A stretch of 35,298 nt of DNA from an uncultured Candidatus Saccharibacteria bacterium (GCA_964405115.1 CAYOMN010000004.1:1-35298), one strand, 5' to 3'. Positions 9,667 to 17,536 are shown, counted from the first letter of the stretch. Notes: generated by a model from the letters alone, not told the origin. A program made the numbers and translations.

Positions 9667-9696
9667 AAAAACCATTAGTATAAACTAATGGTTTTT
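9667..9696. terminator. bidirectional hairpin between tRNA-Leu (+) and the pilin-like operon (-)
   Basis: AAAAACCATTAG, loop TATAAA, then CTAATGGTTTTT. Confidence 0.65.
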
Positions 9697-9710
9697 ATAT
9701 TAAGAAATGA

Positions 9711-10112
9711 CTATTTAGTTAAACTCATAAAACTATTTTTTGTTCCTGTGGATATGCCAAAAGTATTTTTAATAACAAAGACAAGTGACCATACACTTAG
9801 CATTACGAGTAATCCTATTAACCCCCAAAACATTTTTTGTCTCTTTTCTGCTTTTTTGGCATCATCTGAAACTCCTATATATTGAACAACACCAATAAGA
9901 AAATAAGCAAGTGCACCGAGAATGAACATTGGTATTAACCAACTATTTATAAACCTAGCAATACTCTTAGCAAGGTCTGTAATATTATTTGCACTTAAAC
10001 TGCGTATATCACCTGCAGAACCTTGATTCTGTGCATTCGCAAACGAAACAACAAAAAACTGGATAAAAAATATTAAGATAATATTTTTTATTTTTTTTAT
10101 CTTTTTATTCAT
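9711..10112 (-). CDS. secreted two-TM-helix protein, VirB2/TrbC-pilin-like (paralog P1, subtype B)
   Basis: Signal peptide ..VVSFANA-Q, then LIPMFILGALAYFLIGVVQYIG, a charged loop SDDAKKAEKRQK, and MFWGLIGLLVMLSVWSLV. It aligns closely with the 13007..13354 product. Confidence 0.7.
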   Translation of the reverse strand: MNKKIKKIKNIILIFFIQFFVVSFANAQNQGSAGDIRSLSANNITDLAKSIARFINSWLIPMFILGALAYFLIGVVQYIGVSDDAKKAEKRQKMFWGLIGLLVMLSVWSLVFVIKNTFGISTGTKNSFMSLTK

Positions 10113-10121
10113 AATAATTTA

Positions 10122-10451
10122 TTATTCATACAATTGAGGAAGTATAGGATCTCCTCCAAAAAATGTATTTGTAAAAATACCAGTAAGTCCTAAAAAGGCA
10201 ACCATAGCAAAAAGAGCAATAATTCCCCATAACATACGTTTTTTACCTTTTTCTCGTTCCTCTGAATTATCTGCATTTCTAATAAAATCTAAAATACCCC
10301 ATAAAAACATTGCCAAAGCCGCACTAAACAACAGCACCATCATTGTACCACCAAAGAACTTAGCGACTTTTCCAGAAATATCTTTTATTGTTCCAACCGC
10401 AAAGGTAAAACTCGGAAGTAATATACTAATTGTTAAAATAAACTTTTTCAT
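10122..10451 (-). CDS. secreted two-TM-helix protein, VirB2/TrbC-pilin-like (paralog P2, subtype B)
   Basis: Signal peptide MKKFILTISILLPSFTFA, TM1 MMVLLFSAALAMFLWGILDFI, loop NADNSEEREKGKKR, TM2 MLWGIIALFAMVAFLGL. A GAGGAA Shine-Dalgarno-like site lies upstream. Confidence 0.7.
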   Translation of the reverse strand: MKKFILTISILLPSFTFAVGTIKDISGKVAKFFGGTMMVLLFSAALAMFLWGILDFIRNADNSEEREKGKKRMLWGIIALFAMVAFLGLTGIFTNTFFGGDPILPQLYE

Positions 10452-10455
10452 AATA

Positions 10456-10899
10456 TTAATTTCCTCGAATTGAGTTAATTGTACCCTGTAAAGTTTGGGC
10501 TATGACATATGCACCAAGTAATATAACAGCACCTATAAACACATATAAAATTGCATCTTTTGCCGTTTTTAATTTCTCTGGATTACCCTGTGCAGCAATA
10601 AATAAATAACCTGTATAAATTATTGCAATGGCAACAAGAGGAACTCCAACTTTCATTACAATACTAAGAAGCTTCTCAACAAAAGTTGGAATATCCTTAA
10701 TTCCTCCATTTTTTAGTGGATTTTCAAGAGGTATTGAATTACTACTTGAATTTCCACCACCAAGATTAGTTTCAGCATATACAGAATGTCCAAAATTATT
10801 GATATTTACATCATTAAAAGAAATATATGTAATAATACTAAATTGACTAATAAAGATTGAGAGTAAAACGAAAATTGATATTTTTTTAATTAACTTCAT
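10456..10899 (-). CDS. secreted two-TM-helix protein, VirB2/TrbC-pilin-like (paralog P3, subtype A)
   Basis: Signal peptide to ..SVYA-E, a G/N/S-rich stretch, then VGVPLVAIAIIYTGYLFIAAQGNPEKLKTAKDAILYVFIGAVILLGAYVIA. Same layout as the C-terminus of 13510..14664. Confidence 0.7.
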   Translation of the reverse strand: MKLIKKISIFVLLSIFISQFSIITYISFNDVNINNFGHSVYAETNLGGGNSSSNSIPLENPLKNGGIKDIPTFVEKLLSIVMKVGVPLVAIAIIYTGYLFIAAQGNPEKLKTAKDAILYVFIGAVILLGAYVIAQTLQGTINSIRGN

Positions 10900-10905
10900 A
10901 TAAAT

Positions 10906-10914
10906 ATGATATCA
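10906..10914 (-). promoter_or_regulatory. extended -10 box TGATATCAT, 6 nt before the ATG of P3
   Basis: The minus strand reads TG-A-TATCAT-ATTTAT-ATG. Confidence 0.45.
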
Positions 10915-10944
10915 TGTTTTTTATAAAAAAACATTCACAAATAC

Positions 10945-10972
10945 TTGACAATAAACGTAACTGGTGTATTAT
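10945..10972 (+). promoter_or_regulatory. sigma70-like promoter for the 11012..12405 pair
   Basis: TTGACA (10945-10950), a 16-nt spacer, then TATTAT (10967-10972). Confidence 0.45.
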
Positions 10973-11011
10973 TAATTTGAATATAGATATTAACAATTAA
11001 ATAAAAAAATC

Positions 11012-11410
11012 ATGACAAAAAACATTGGAATTCTACCTATTATAGGAATAATATCTATTATTATGATTATTGTCCTTATTAGGAATTATAATGTGAATGA
11101 ATTATCTAAACACACTAAACATGAAGAAACAACCATCGAAAAAAAAATTGATAAAATTCCAATCGAAAAAAATGTTAAATTTGTTATATTAGCAAATAAC
11201 AAGTGGATAGGATACAAACTAGAAAAATCTTCCGGAAATGTATATATAGATGGTGTAAATATCAATTATCTTAAAATGAGATGGAAGACAGAGTCTAATG
11301 ATACATGGACAGAAGGTTCATCTATACTTGGAATTAATAATATAACAATATTAGAATTCAAATTAGATGGAATAAAAAAAGTAAAAGTAAAACTATTTCA
11401 AAAAAACTAA
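11012..11410 (+). CDS. small single-pass membrane protein with a beta-rich C-terminal domain (positional analogue of an NfeD partner)
   Basis: N-terminal TM helix IGILPIIGIISIIMIIVLI and a 5-nt gap to the SPFH-like gene downstream. No motif is recognised; the NfeD analogy rests on position only. Confidence 0.45.
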   Translation: MTKNIGILPIIGIISIIMIIVLIRNYNVNELSKHTKHEETTIEKKIDKIPIEKNVKFVILANNKWIGYKLEKSSGNVYIDGVNINYLKMRWKTESNDTWTEGSSILGINNITILEFKLDGIKKVKVKLFQKN

Positions 11411-11415
11411 ATAAA

Positions 11416-12405
11416 ATGGAACGAACAAATTTTTTTAAGGGAGTAATAATAAATATTATCTTTGTAACAATATTAGGTGCATTCATTGGGTCATTTATCA
11501 CATGGTGGATGACATGGATAATTGGAATAATATTTTTATTTATAGGTTATAAAACATTTAACCAATCATTGATAAAAAAACAGACAAATACATTTGTTTT
11601 GTGGTCAATGTTTGGGAAATTACAAGTAAATTCAGATAATGATTTAGGTTTATCTGATATTAGCTTACCACATTATATACCGTGGAAATTTACTGAAGAA
11701 AAATCAGAAAGAGCTGTACATGTCTATACAAAAGAAAATCTAGTGTTTGATGCTGGAGAATTCCCTGTTACATATAAACCAGATAAGTCTGAAGAGTCTG
11801 AATATGATATGATTTTATCTATCCTTATAACACTTCAGATAAATAAACCTGTAAAATTCTATAAAAAAACAGGAATGTTATCTCTTGAACATAGTCATAT
11901 ACTATCAAAAAATGACCCATGGCTTAATGATATTCAAACAGATGTGAAATCAACCTTTGAAGCACTCGGATCTGCCATAAAATACGAAGAATGGAAGAAA
12001 AAAACAGACTGGACAATAGCAAATATTGATAAAAAGTATGTCCATATACATGGAACACAGGATACATTAAAAAAAACAATTAAAAGTTATGGATTAAACG
12101 TTCTTGTTATTAAGGTAACTGCAAAAATTAATCCTACAATAAAGAAAGCAAGAGAAGAGAAGATAGAGAATATTGCTAAAGTTGAAGCTATGAAGATACT
12201 ACAAGAAGGAAAAGATAAGATTATTATTAACCATCTTAAAACGCTTGGGATTACAGATTATCAAAGTCAAGAAGCAAAAGAGGCAGTTCAAAACAAGATG
12301 ATAATGATGGATGAATATAAAGATGAAAGATTTGTAAAAATATCAGGTGTTAGTGGTGACGCAAATATACTAGAAGCAATAATAGCTATGTTAAGCAAAA
12401 AATAA
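11416..12405 (+). CDS. membrane-anchored SPFH/band-7-like protein
   Basis: Two N-terminal TM helices, then an SPFH-like order: FVLWSMFGKL, HYIPWKF, VHVYTKENLVFDAGEFPVTY, ILITLQINKPVKFYKK, and YGLNVLVIKVTAKINPTIKKAREEKIENIAKVEA (resembling yGI.v..v.i.di..P..v..A.e...Ae.e). Confidence 0.5.
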   Translation: MERTNFFKGVIINIIFVTILGAFIGSFITWWMTWIIGIIFLFIGYKTFNQSLIKKQTNTFVLWSMFGKLQVNSDNDLGLSDISLPHYIPWKFTEEKSERAVHVYTKENLVFDAGEFPVTYKPDKSEESEYDMILSILITLQINKPVKFYKKTGMLSLEHSHILSKNDPWLNDIQTDVKSTFEALGSAIKYEEWKKKTDWTIANIDKKYVHIHGTQDTLKKTIKSYGLNVLVIKVTAKINPTIKKAREEKIENIAKVEAMKILQEGKDKIIINHLKTLGITDYQSQEAKEAVQNKMIMMDEYKDERFVKISGVSGDANILEAIIAMLSKK

Positions 12406-12415
12406 AATTTAAAAC

Positions 12416-12441
12416 AAAAACCGGAATAAATTCCGGTTTTT
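12416..12441. terminator. bidirectional hairpin terminator
   Basis: AAAAACCGGAA, loop TAAA, then TTCCGGTTTTT. Confidence 0.7.
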
Positions 12442-12465
12442 TTATTGTATTTGTTATTTAATATT

Positions 12466-12831
12466 TTATTTAAATAAACTCGAAACATCTCCACTTTCTC
12501 CTTTTTTTATTTGAACATCGTGTAGTCCAAGTGTATTTGTCATAAGCGACATAATTCCAAAAACAGAAACCATAATAACCATACCTATAACACCCCAAAG
12601 CATATGACTTTTACCCTGTTCTATATCTGTACCACCACCATTACCAGATTTTGTTTGAAAAAATTTAAATAATCCAATTGTAAATTGAACAAAAGCAAGT
12701 GAGAATAAAACTATTATCAATGGGTTAATAATCTGTTTATTTATACGAGCTAATAATGCAGTAAAGTCTGAAGGTCCAGCTGCATAAACAAAAGGAATTA
12801 GAATATATTCATTTATTATTTGTCTTAACAT
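12466..12831 (-). CDS. two-TM-helix protein, VirB2/TrbC-pilin-like (paralog P4, subtype B; weak signal peptide)
   Basis: INPLIIVLFSLAFVQFTIGLFKFF, loop QTKSGNGGGTDIEQGKSH, then MLWGVIGMVIMVSVFGIM. It has the same MLWG motif as P2. Confidence 0.65.
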   Translation of the reverse strand: MLRQIINEYILIPFVYAAGPSDFTALLARINKQIINPLIIVLFSLAFVQFTIGLFKFFQTKSGNGGGTDIEQGKSHMLWGVIGMVIMVSVFGIMSLMTNTLGLHDVQIKKGESGDVSSLFK

Positions 12832-12837
12832 ATTTAA

Positions 12838-12846
12838 ATTATATCA
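12838..12846 (-). promoter_or_regulatory. perfect extended -10 box TGATATAAT, 6 nt before the ATG of P4
   Basis: The minus strand reads TG-A-TATAAT-TTAAAT-ATG. Confidence 0.5.
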
Positions 12847-12970
12847 TTAAATGAATACCAAATACAAGGATAAAAATAAATACTACATTTTAACAATTTA
12901 TTATAAATACATTAAGTAATATTTAAAATTCATACTTTCATTGGAATAACAAAAATGAAAGTTTATTTAA

Positions 12971-12996
12971 AAAAAATACCAAAAGGTATTTTTTTT
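12971..12996 (-). terminator. terminator after P5, with a second hairpin at 12934..12962
   Basis: AAAAAATACC, loop AAAA, then GGTATTTTTT, with a T-run on the minus strand. The second hairpin is ACTTTCATT / AATGAAAGT, just downstream. Confidence 0.65.
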
Positions 12997-13006
12997 AAAA
13001 ATTCAA

Positions 13007-13354
13007 TTAGAATGCATTTACTCCAGGAATATTTGATCCTGTTATATCTGAATTACCTACCTGAAAAGTTCTTTGAAATACTCCAATTATTCCCCATACA
13101 GATAACATAATAAATAAACCAATTAAACCCTGAACAATAACTGTTTTATACTTTGACTTATCATCACCATCAGCTGCAATAACATATCTTACTATCCCAT
13201 ATAGGAAATAAGCTAAAGCAGCAGCGATTAAGAAAGGAATAAGCCTATCAACAAAAGCACGCAAAGTAGATAAAATTGAGAAAGCGTTTGCACCTTGGGC
13301 AAATGTCAGAATAGGAACACCTAATAGAGCAGCTCCTGTAATAATTTTTTTCAT
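13007..13354 (-). CDS. secreted two-TM-helix protein, VirB2/TrbC-pilin-like (paralog P5, subtype B)
   Basis: Signal peptide MKKIITGAALLGVPILTFA-Q, then LIPFLIAAALAYFLYGIVRYV, loop AADGDDKSKYK, and GLIGLFIMLSVWGIIGV. Confidence 0.7.
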   Translation of the reverse strand: MKKIITGAALLGVPILTFAQGANAFSILSTLRAFVDRLIPFLIAAALAYFLYGIVRYVIAADGDDKSKYKTVIVQGLIGLFIMLSVWGIIGVFQRTFQVGNSDITGSNIPGVNAF

Positions 13355-13440
13355 ATTTTCATAACTAAATTAACTAATAATAATCGATTACTATCTTCTA
13401 CTAACTGCATATTATATGCACCTTATAAGAAGCCATGTCT

Positions 13441-13470
13441 ATTATAACATATAATATAAAATACTGACAA
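13441..13470 (-). promoter_or_regulatory. promoter of P5 (TTGTCA, 18-nt spacer, TG-T-TATAAT) giving a leader of about 80 nt
   Basis: On the minus strand TTGTCA is at 13470..13465 and TGTTATAAT at 13449..13441. Confidence 0.5.
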
Positions 13471-13509
13471 GTAAATATTAATACTTTCTTTATAAATAAG
13501 AATCTAAAA

Positions 13510-14664
13510 TTAATTTCTCATTCCAAGAAATGAAAAGCCTTTTTGAACACCAAGTGTAATTAAAATTGTTTTTACAATAATCCATGCAAGCATAATAATT
13601 ATAACACCAATAACTAACTTAGTCATTGCATTTTTTGCTGCTGTTCTTTTTTTAGGATCAGCGGCACTAGAAATATATAAAAATCCAGCATATGTAAACA
13701 TAATTGCAGAAATTGGAAGAACTAATACAAAGATATAATTAATGATACGATTTAACATACCCATAAAATCAGAAAAACCACACATTGGACCATTATTATA
13801 ACCACACTTTGTACTTACAAGACCATCTCCATCATTAATCCCACCACCAGAGTTACTACCAACCCCTGTTGTAGAATTATTCCAATTATTAGAACCACCA
13901 CCAGAGTTTGGTACCTTAGTTCCAATTATATATGTTTGAATTGGTAATTCGAATTGACTATCCTTATAATTAATAGTTATTTTATATTCACCAGACTTAA
14001 GTACAGGTGTTCTGTTTTTTGTTGTTGCCGATATTGTATTATTTACACTTAAATTGAAATCTGAATTAAGTACCATTATCTCACCTGTTTTATCCGTACG
14101 CTTTAAAACAATCTCTACCTTACCTGTTTCGCCATCTATAACGTCAGCAGATATATCATAATAATAATTATTATTACCTTGTTTTTTTAAATTAACACTC
14201 CAATTTTCAAATACATCATGTTCATTAACAACTGCACTTTTTGGAACACTGTCTAAGAGACAATAGTCTCCACCACTTGAATAACAAGTCGAAATTGGTT
14301 TTCCTTTACTTGAATTAGAAAAATAAACACTATATTGATTGTCACTATTCACAACATATCCAGAAGTCATACCATTACACGTTGGATATTTTAGTTTAAA
14401 ATGTTCTGCTCCTGTTGTTACACTAAAATTACATAAGTCTACCTTATTATTTCCATACTTTAATATTAAATAGTACACTCCATTACTATCTGGCTCCCAC
14501 CAACCGTCAAGATTATAATAAAAATATCCTTTAGATGAAGTATCTACACTACTACTATTTATATCAAAATTTACAGTTTTCTCCTGTGCAAAAATACTAT
14601 GTGAAAAGTTTACTGAAATTAAAATAATAAACAAAAAAATAATATATTTGAATATGTTTTTCAT
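13510..14664 (-). CDS. secreted fusion protein: beta-rich Cys-containing extracellular domain + G/N/S linker + VirB2/TrbC-pilin-like two-TM module (paralog P6, subtype A)
   Basis: Signal peptide to ..SIFA-Q. About 250 aa rich in Y/N/S/T with 8 Cys, then linker NSGGGSNNWNNSTTGVGSNSGGGINDGDG. The C-terminus is FVLVLPISAIMFTYAGFLYISSAADPKKRTAAKNAMTKLVIGVIIIMLAWIIV. Confidence 0.7.
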   Translation of the reverse strand: MKNIFKYIIFLFIILISVNFSHSIFAQEKTVNFDINSSSVDTSSKGYFYYNLDGWWEPDSNGVYYLILKYGNNKVDLCNFSVTTGAEHFKLKYPTCNGMTSGYVVNSDNQYSVYFSNSSKGKPISTCYSSGGDYCLLDSVPKSAVVNEHDVFENWSVNLKKQGNNNYYYDISADVIDGETGKVEIVLKRTDKTGEIMVLNSDFNLSVNNTISATTKNRTPVLKSGEYKITINYKDSQFELPIQTYIIGTKVPNSGGGSNNWNNSTTGVGSNSGGGINDGDGLVSTKCGYNNGPMCGFSDFMGMLNRIINYIFVLVLPISAIMFTYAGFLYISSAADPKKRTAAKNAMTKLVIGVIIIMLAWIIVKTILITLGVQKGFSFLGMRN

Positions 14665-14672
14665 ATAAATTT

Positions 14673-14681
14673 ATTATAACA
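14673..14681 (-). promoter_or_regulatory. perfect extended -10 box TGTTATAAT, 8 nt before the ATG of P6
   Basis: The minus strand reads TG-T-TATAAT-AAATTTAT-ATG. Confidence 0.5.
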
Positions 14682-14706
14682 AAAAAATAAAAAAGCTCGA
14701 AGCTTT
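14682..14706 (-). terminator. short hairpin plus T-run after typA
   Basis: The minus strand reads AAAGCT-TCG-AGCTTT followed by TTTTATTTTTTT. Confidence 0.45.
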
Positions 14707-14707
14707 C

Positions 14708-16495
14708 CTACTTATTTCTTTTTGCCTTTGATCTATCAGATTCTTTTAAAAATTCTTTTCTTAAACGAATTGCATCTGGAGTAACTTCTAAAAATTCATC
14801 TGAACGCATGAGTCCCATTGCTTTTTCTAAAGTTAAATTAAGTGGAGGTGTTATTTTAACTGTTTCATCAGAGCCGGAAGCTCTCATATTAGTTAATTGC
14901 TTCCCTTTAGTTGGGTTTACCATTAAATCAATTCCTTTTGCAGAATTACCAATAACCATACCTTCATATATTTCATCTCCTGCAGAAATATATAACTGCC
15001 CACGTTCTTGTAAATTTCCGAGAGAAAAACCTAATGCCTTACCAGTAGCCATGGATACCATAGATCCAAGTTCCGTTTTTTGAATAACCCCAGCATATTC
15101 TTTAAAACTATCAAAAATAGATGTTAAAATACCTTCCCCTTTTGTATCAACAACAAATTCATTTCTATAGCCTAATAAACCACGTGTTGGAATTGAAAAA
15201 GTCATTCTTGTCTGTCCATTCTCTATTTTCATATCTGTCATAATTCCCTTTCTTTTGCCAAGTTTTTCAATAACAACTCCAGAAAATTCCTCTGGTACTA
15301 ATATAGTAAGATCTTCAAACGGTTCAGATTTAACTCCATCAATTTCTTTTATAATTACCTCAGGTTGAGAAACTGCAAGTTCAAATCCTTCGCGTCTCAT
15401 ATTCTCTATTAAAACAGCAATATGTAATTCCCCACGCCCATATATCTTATATTTGGCTGAATTTCCAAGCTCAACACGTAAACCAACATTAACTTCTAAT
15501 TCTTTTTCTAATCTCTCTAGTATTTGGCGAGAAGTTAAATATTTTCCACATTTCCCAGAAAAAGGAGAATCATTTACAAACATATTCATTGAAATTGTTG
15601 GTTCATCAACTGATATTGCTGGAAGCAGATTATCTGAATTTTCAAGCAAAAGAGTCTGCCCAATAAAGATTTCAGGAATTCCAGCAATCATAACAATATC
15701 ACCGGCAACTGCTTCTGTAACATCAATTCTTTTTAATCCATTAAAAGAAAAAAGTTGAGTAACTTTTCCTATTATCGTTTTTTCACCATCTTTAAGAAAA
15801 ACTTTTTCTCCTTTTTTTATTTTACCTTCATAAATTCTTGCAATACCCATACGACCAAGAAAATTGTCATATGCAAGATTAAATACTTGTCCACGTAATG
15901 ATTTATTAATTAGTTCATCTGTAGATACGTTTGGAACTTCTTCTAAAATAAGGTCTAATAGTGGGTCAAGATCTTTCATCTCGTCATCCATTTTCCGTTT
16001 TACTACTCCATCACGACCAACCGCATATATTGTTTTAAAATCTAATTGTTCATTATTTGCACCTAGATCAAGAAATAATTCATATACTTCTTCCTGTGCT
16101 TTTTCTACATTAGCAGCTGGTTTATCAATCTTGTTTAAAACCAGTATTGGTTTTAAACCTAATTCTAAAGATTTTTTCAAAACAAATTTTGTTTGTGGCA
16201 TTGGACCTTCAGCTGCATCAACAACAAGCAAAACAGAATCAATTGAGCGTAAAACACGCTCAACTTCTGAGCCAAAATCAGCATGTCCAGGTGTATCTAA
16301 TATATTTATCTTTGTATCTTTATAAATGACCGATGTATTTTTAGCATATATAGTAATCCCTCGTTCTTTTTCTATATCATTTGAATCCATAGATACACCA
16401 TGTTCAACCATCCCTGTCTGTTCAAGAATAGCATCGGTGAGTGTAGTCTTTCCGTGATCCACGTGTGCAATAATAGCAATATTTCTCATTTCCAT
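14708..16495 (-). CDS. typA: translational GTPase TypA/BipA
   Basis: NIAIIAHVDHGKTTLTD, DTPGHADFGSEVER and NKIDK, with EF-G-like domains and a BipA-type C-terminus. The start could also be the Met at 16488. Confidence 0.92.
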   Translation of the reverse strand: MEMRNIAIIAHVDHGKTTLTDAILEQTGMVEHGVSMDSNDIEKERGITIYAKNTSVIYKDTKINILDTPGHADFGSEVERVLRSIDSVLLVVDAAEGPMPQTKFVLKKSLELGLKPILVLNKIDKPAANVEKAQEEVYELFLDLGANNEQLDFKTIYAVGRDGVVKRKMDDEMKDLDPLLDLILEEVPNVSTDELINKSLRGQVFNLAYDNFLGRMGIARIYEGKIKKGEKVFLKDGEKTIIGKVTQLFSFNGLKRIDVTEAVAGDIVMIAGIPEIFIGQTLLLENSDNLLPAISVDEPTISMNMFVNDSPFSGKCGKYLTSRQILERLEKELEVNVGLRVELGNSAKYKIYGRGELHIAVLIENMRREGFELAVSQPEVIIKEIDGVKSEPFEDLTILVPEEFSGVVIEKLGKRKGIMTDMKIENGQTRMTFSIPTRGLLGYRNEFVVDTKGEGILTSIFDSFKEYAGVIQKTELGSMVSMATGKALGFSLGNLQERGQLYISAGDEIYEGMVIGNSAKGIDLMVNPTKGKQLTNMRASGSDETVKITPPLNLTLEKAMGLMRSDEFLEVTPDAIRLRKEFLKESDRSKAKRNK

Positions 16496-16505
16496 AATAT
16501 TTTTA

Positions 16506-16514
16506 ATGATAACA
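16506..16514 (-). promoter_or_regulatory. extended -10 box TGTTATCAT, 10 nt before the typA ATG
   Basis: The minus strand reads TG-T-TATCAT-TAAAAATATT-ATG. Confidence 0.4.
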
Positions 16515-16639
16515 CAAACTAAAAGAATGTCATTATCAAATTAATCTTTATAAAATATTATTTTATAATTTACATCCAATGAACATGAATAACAAGAAAA
16601 ATTATATATAAGAAGAATTGTAACGTACACACAATCTTC

Positions 16640-17530
16640 TTATATATAATTTTTTAAAACCTTAGCAGAATTATATAATTTATTTAATTCTTCTTTCTCA
16701 ATCTTTATCTTCTTTAAGTCGAAAGAAAAACCATTTTTAGATAGCCTTACTGGAATAGATAATGCAACATTTGATAACCCATATTCTCCAAGCAGCGAAA
16801 CAGATAGTGGTAAATATTCTATTTTTTCTGATAATAAAACATCAAAAATATCACAAACAGCAGAAGCAATACCAAAATAAGTAGAACCCTTCCCTTCTAA
16901 TATTTCATAAGCTTCTCTCCTTACAGAATCTTCTATTTTTTTCTTCTTTTCATGAGAATAGTCTGATGAGTGTTCATAATTAGACCAATCAACAAACGAA
17001 GAATCTCCATGTTCACCAAGAACATAAACTGGCGTTCCGTCGTGATTTGTACATTCTTTTTCGTCTAATTTTGATAGTAATCTTTGTGTATCTAATAATG
17101 TACCAGTACCAAATACATGTCCAACGGGAAGTTCAAAAATCTTAGTGGCCAAATGTGTCAATATATCAACTGGATTTGATACCATTATAACCAAAGCTGT
17201 TTTTTTTATCTCACCAATATTTTTTTGTATCGATCTTAATATATTTTTGTTTACATCTGTTAATTCAAGTCTAGTTTGACCTGGTTTTTGTGCCACTCCA
17301 GCAGTAATAACAAAAATATCTATGTCAGAAAAATTATCTTTAAAACTACGAGTAGAAATATTACTTTTATCACAAAGTGGTAACATATCAGAAATATCTA
17401 AATATTGTGCCCGCAAAAGTTTTTCATTAATATCAACAAGAACAAATTCAACATTTAGGTCCTTATGAACTCCTATTGCTACTATATGAGATCCAACATT
17501 ACCAGCCCCTATTACAGCTATCTTTTTCAT
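16640..17530 (-). CDS. ldh: L-lactate dehydrogenase (LDH/MDH superfamily; Gln at the substrate-discriminating position)
   Basis: Rossmann motif KIAVIGAGNVGS. GVAQKPGQTRLEL has Q rather than R, as in LDHs. The catalytic His lies in GEHGDS. Confidence 0.8.
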   Translation of the reverse strand: MKKIAVIGAGNVGSHIVAIGVHKDLNVEFVLVDINEKLLRAQYLDISDMLPLCDKSNISTRSFKDNFSDIDIFVITAGVAQKPGQTRLELTDVNKNILRSIQKNIGEIKKTALVIMVSNPVDILTHLATKIFELPVGHVFGTGTLLDTQRLLSKLDEKECTNHDGTPVYVLGEHGDSSFVDWSNYEHSSDYSHEKKKKIEDSVRREAYEILEGKGSTYFGIASAVCDIFDVLLSEKIEYLPLSVSLLGEYGLSNVALSIPVRLSKNGFSFDLKKIKIEKEELNKLYNSAKVLKNYI

Positions 17531-17536
17531 ATTTAT

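Noticed and set aside
9383-9696. tRNA-Cys and tRNA-Leu next to the pilin-like island as an integration site, with a matching att repeat at the typA end.
   Set aside because: I found no copy of the tRNA-Leu 3' end near 14665-14707 and no integrase inside the island. Horizontal acquisition remains possible but is unsupported by sequence here.
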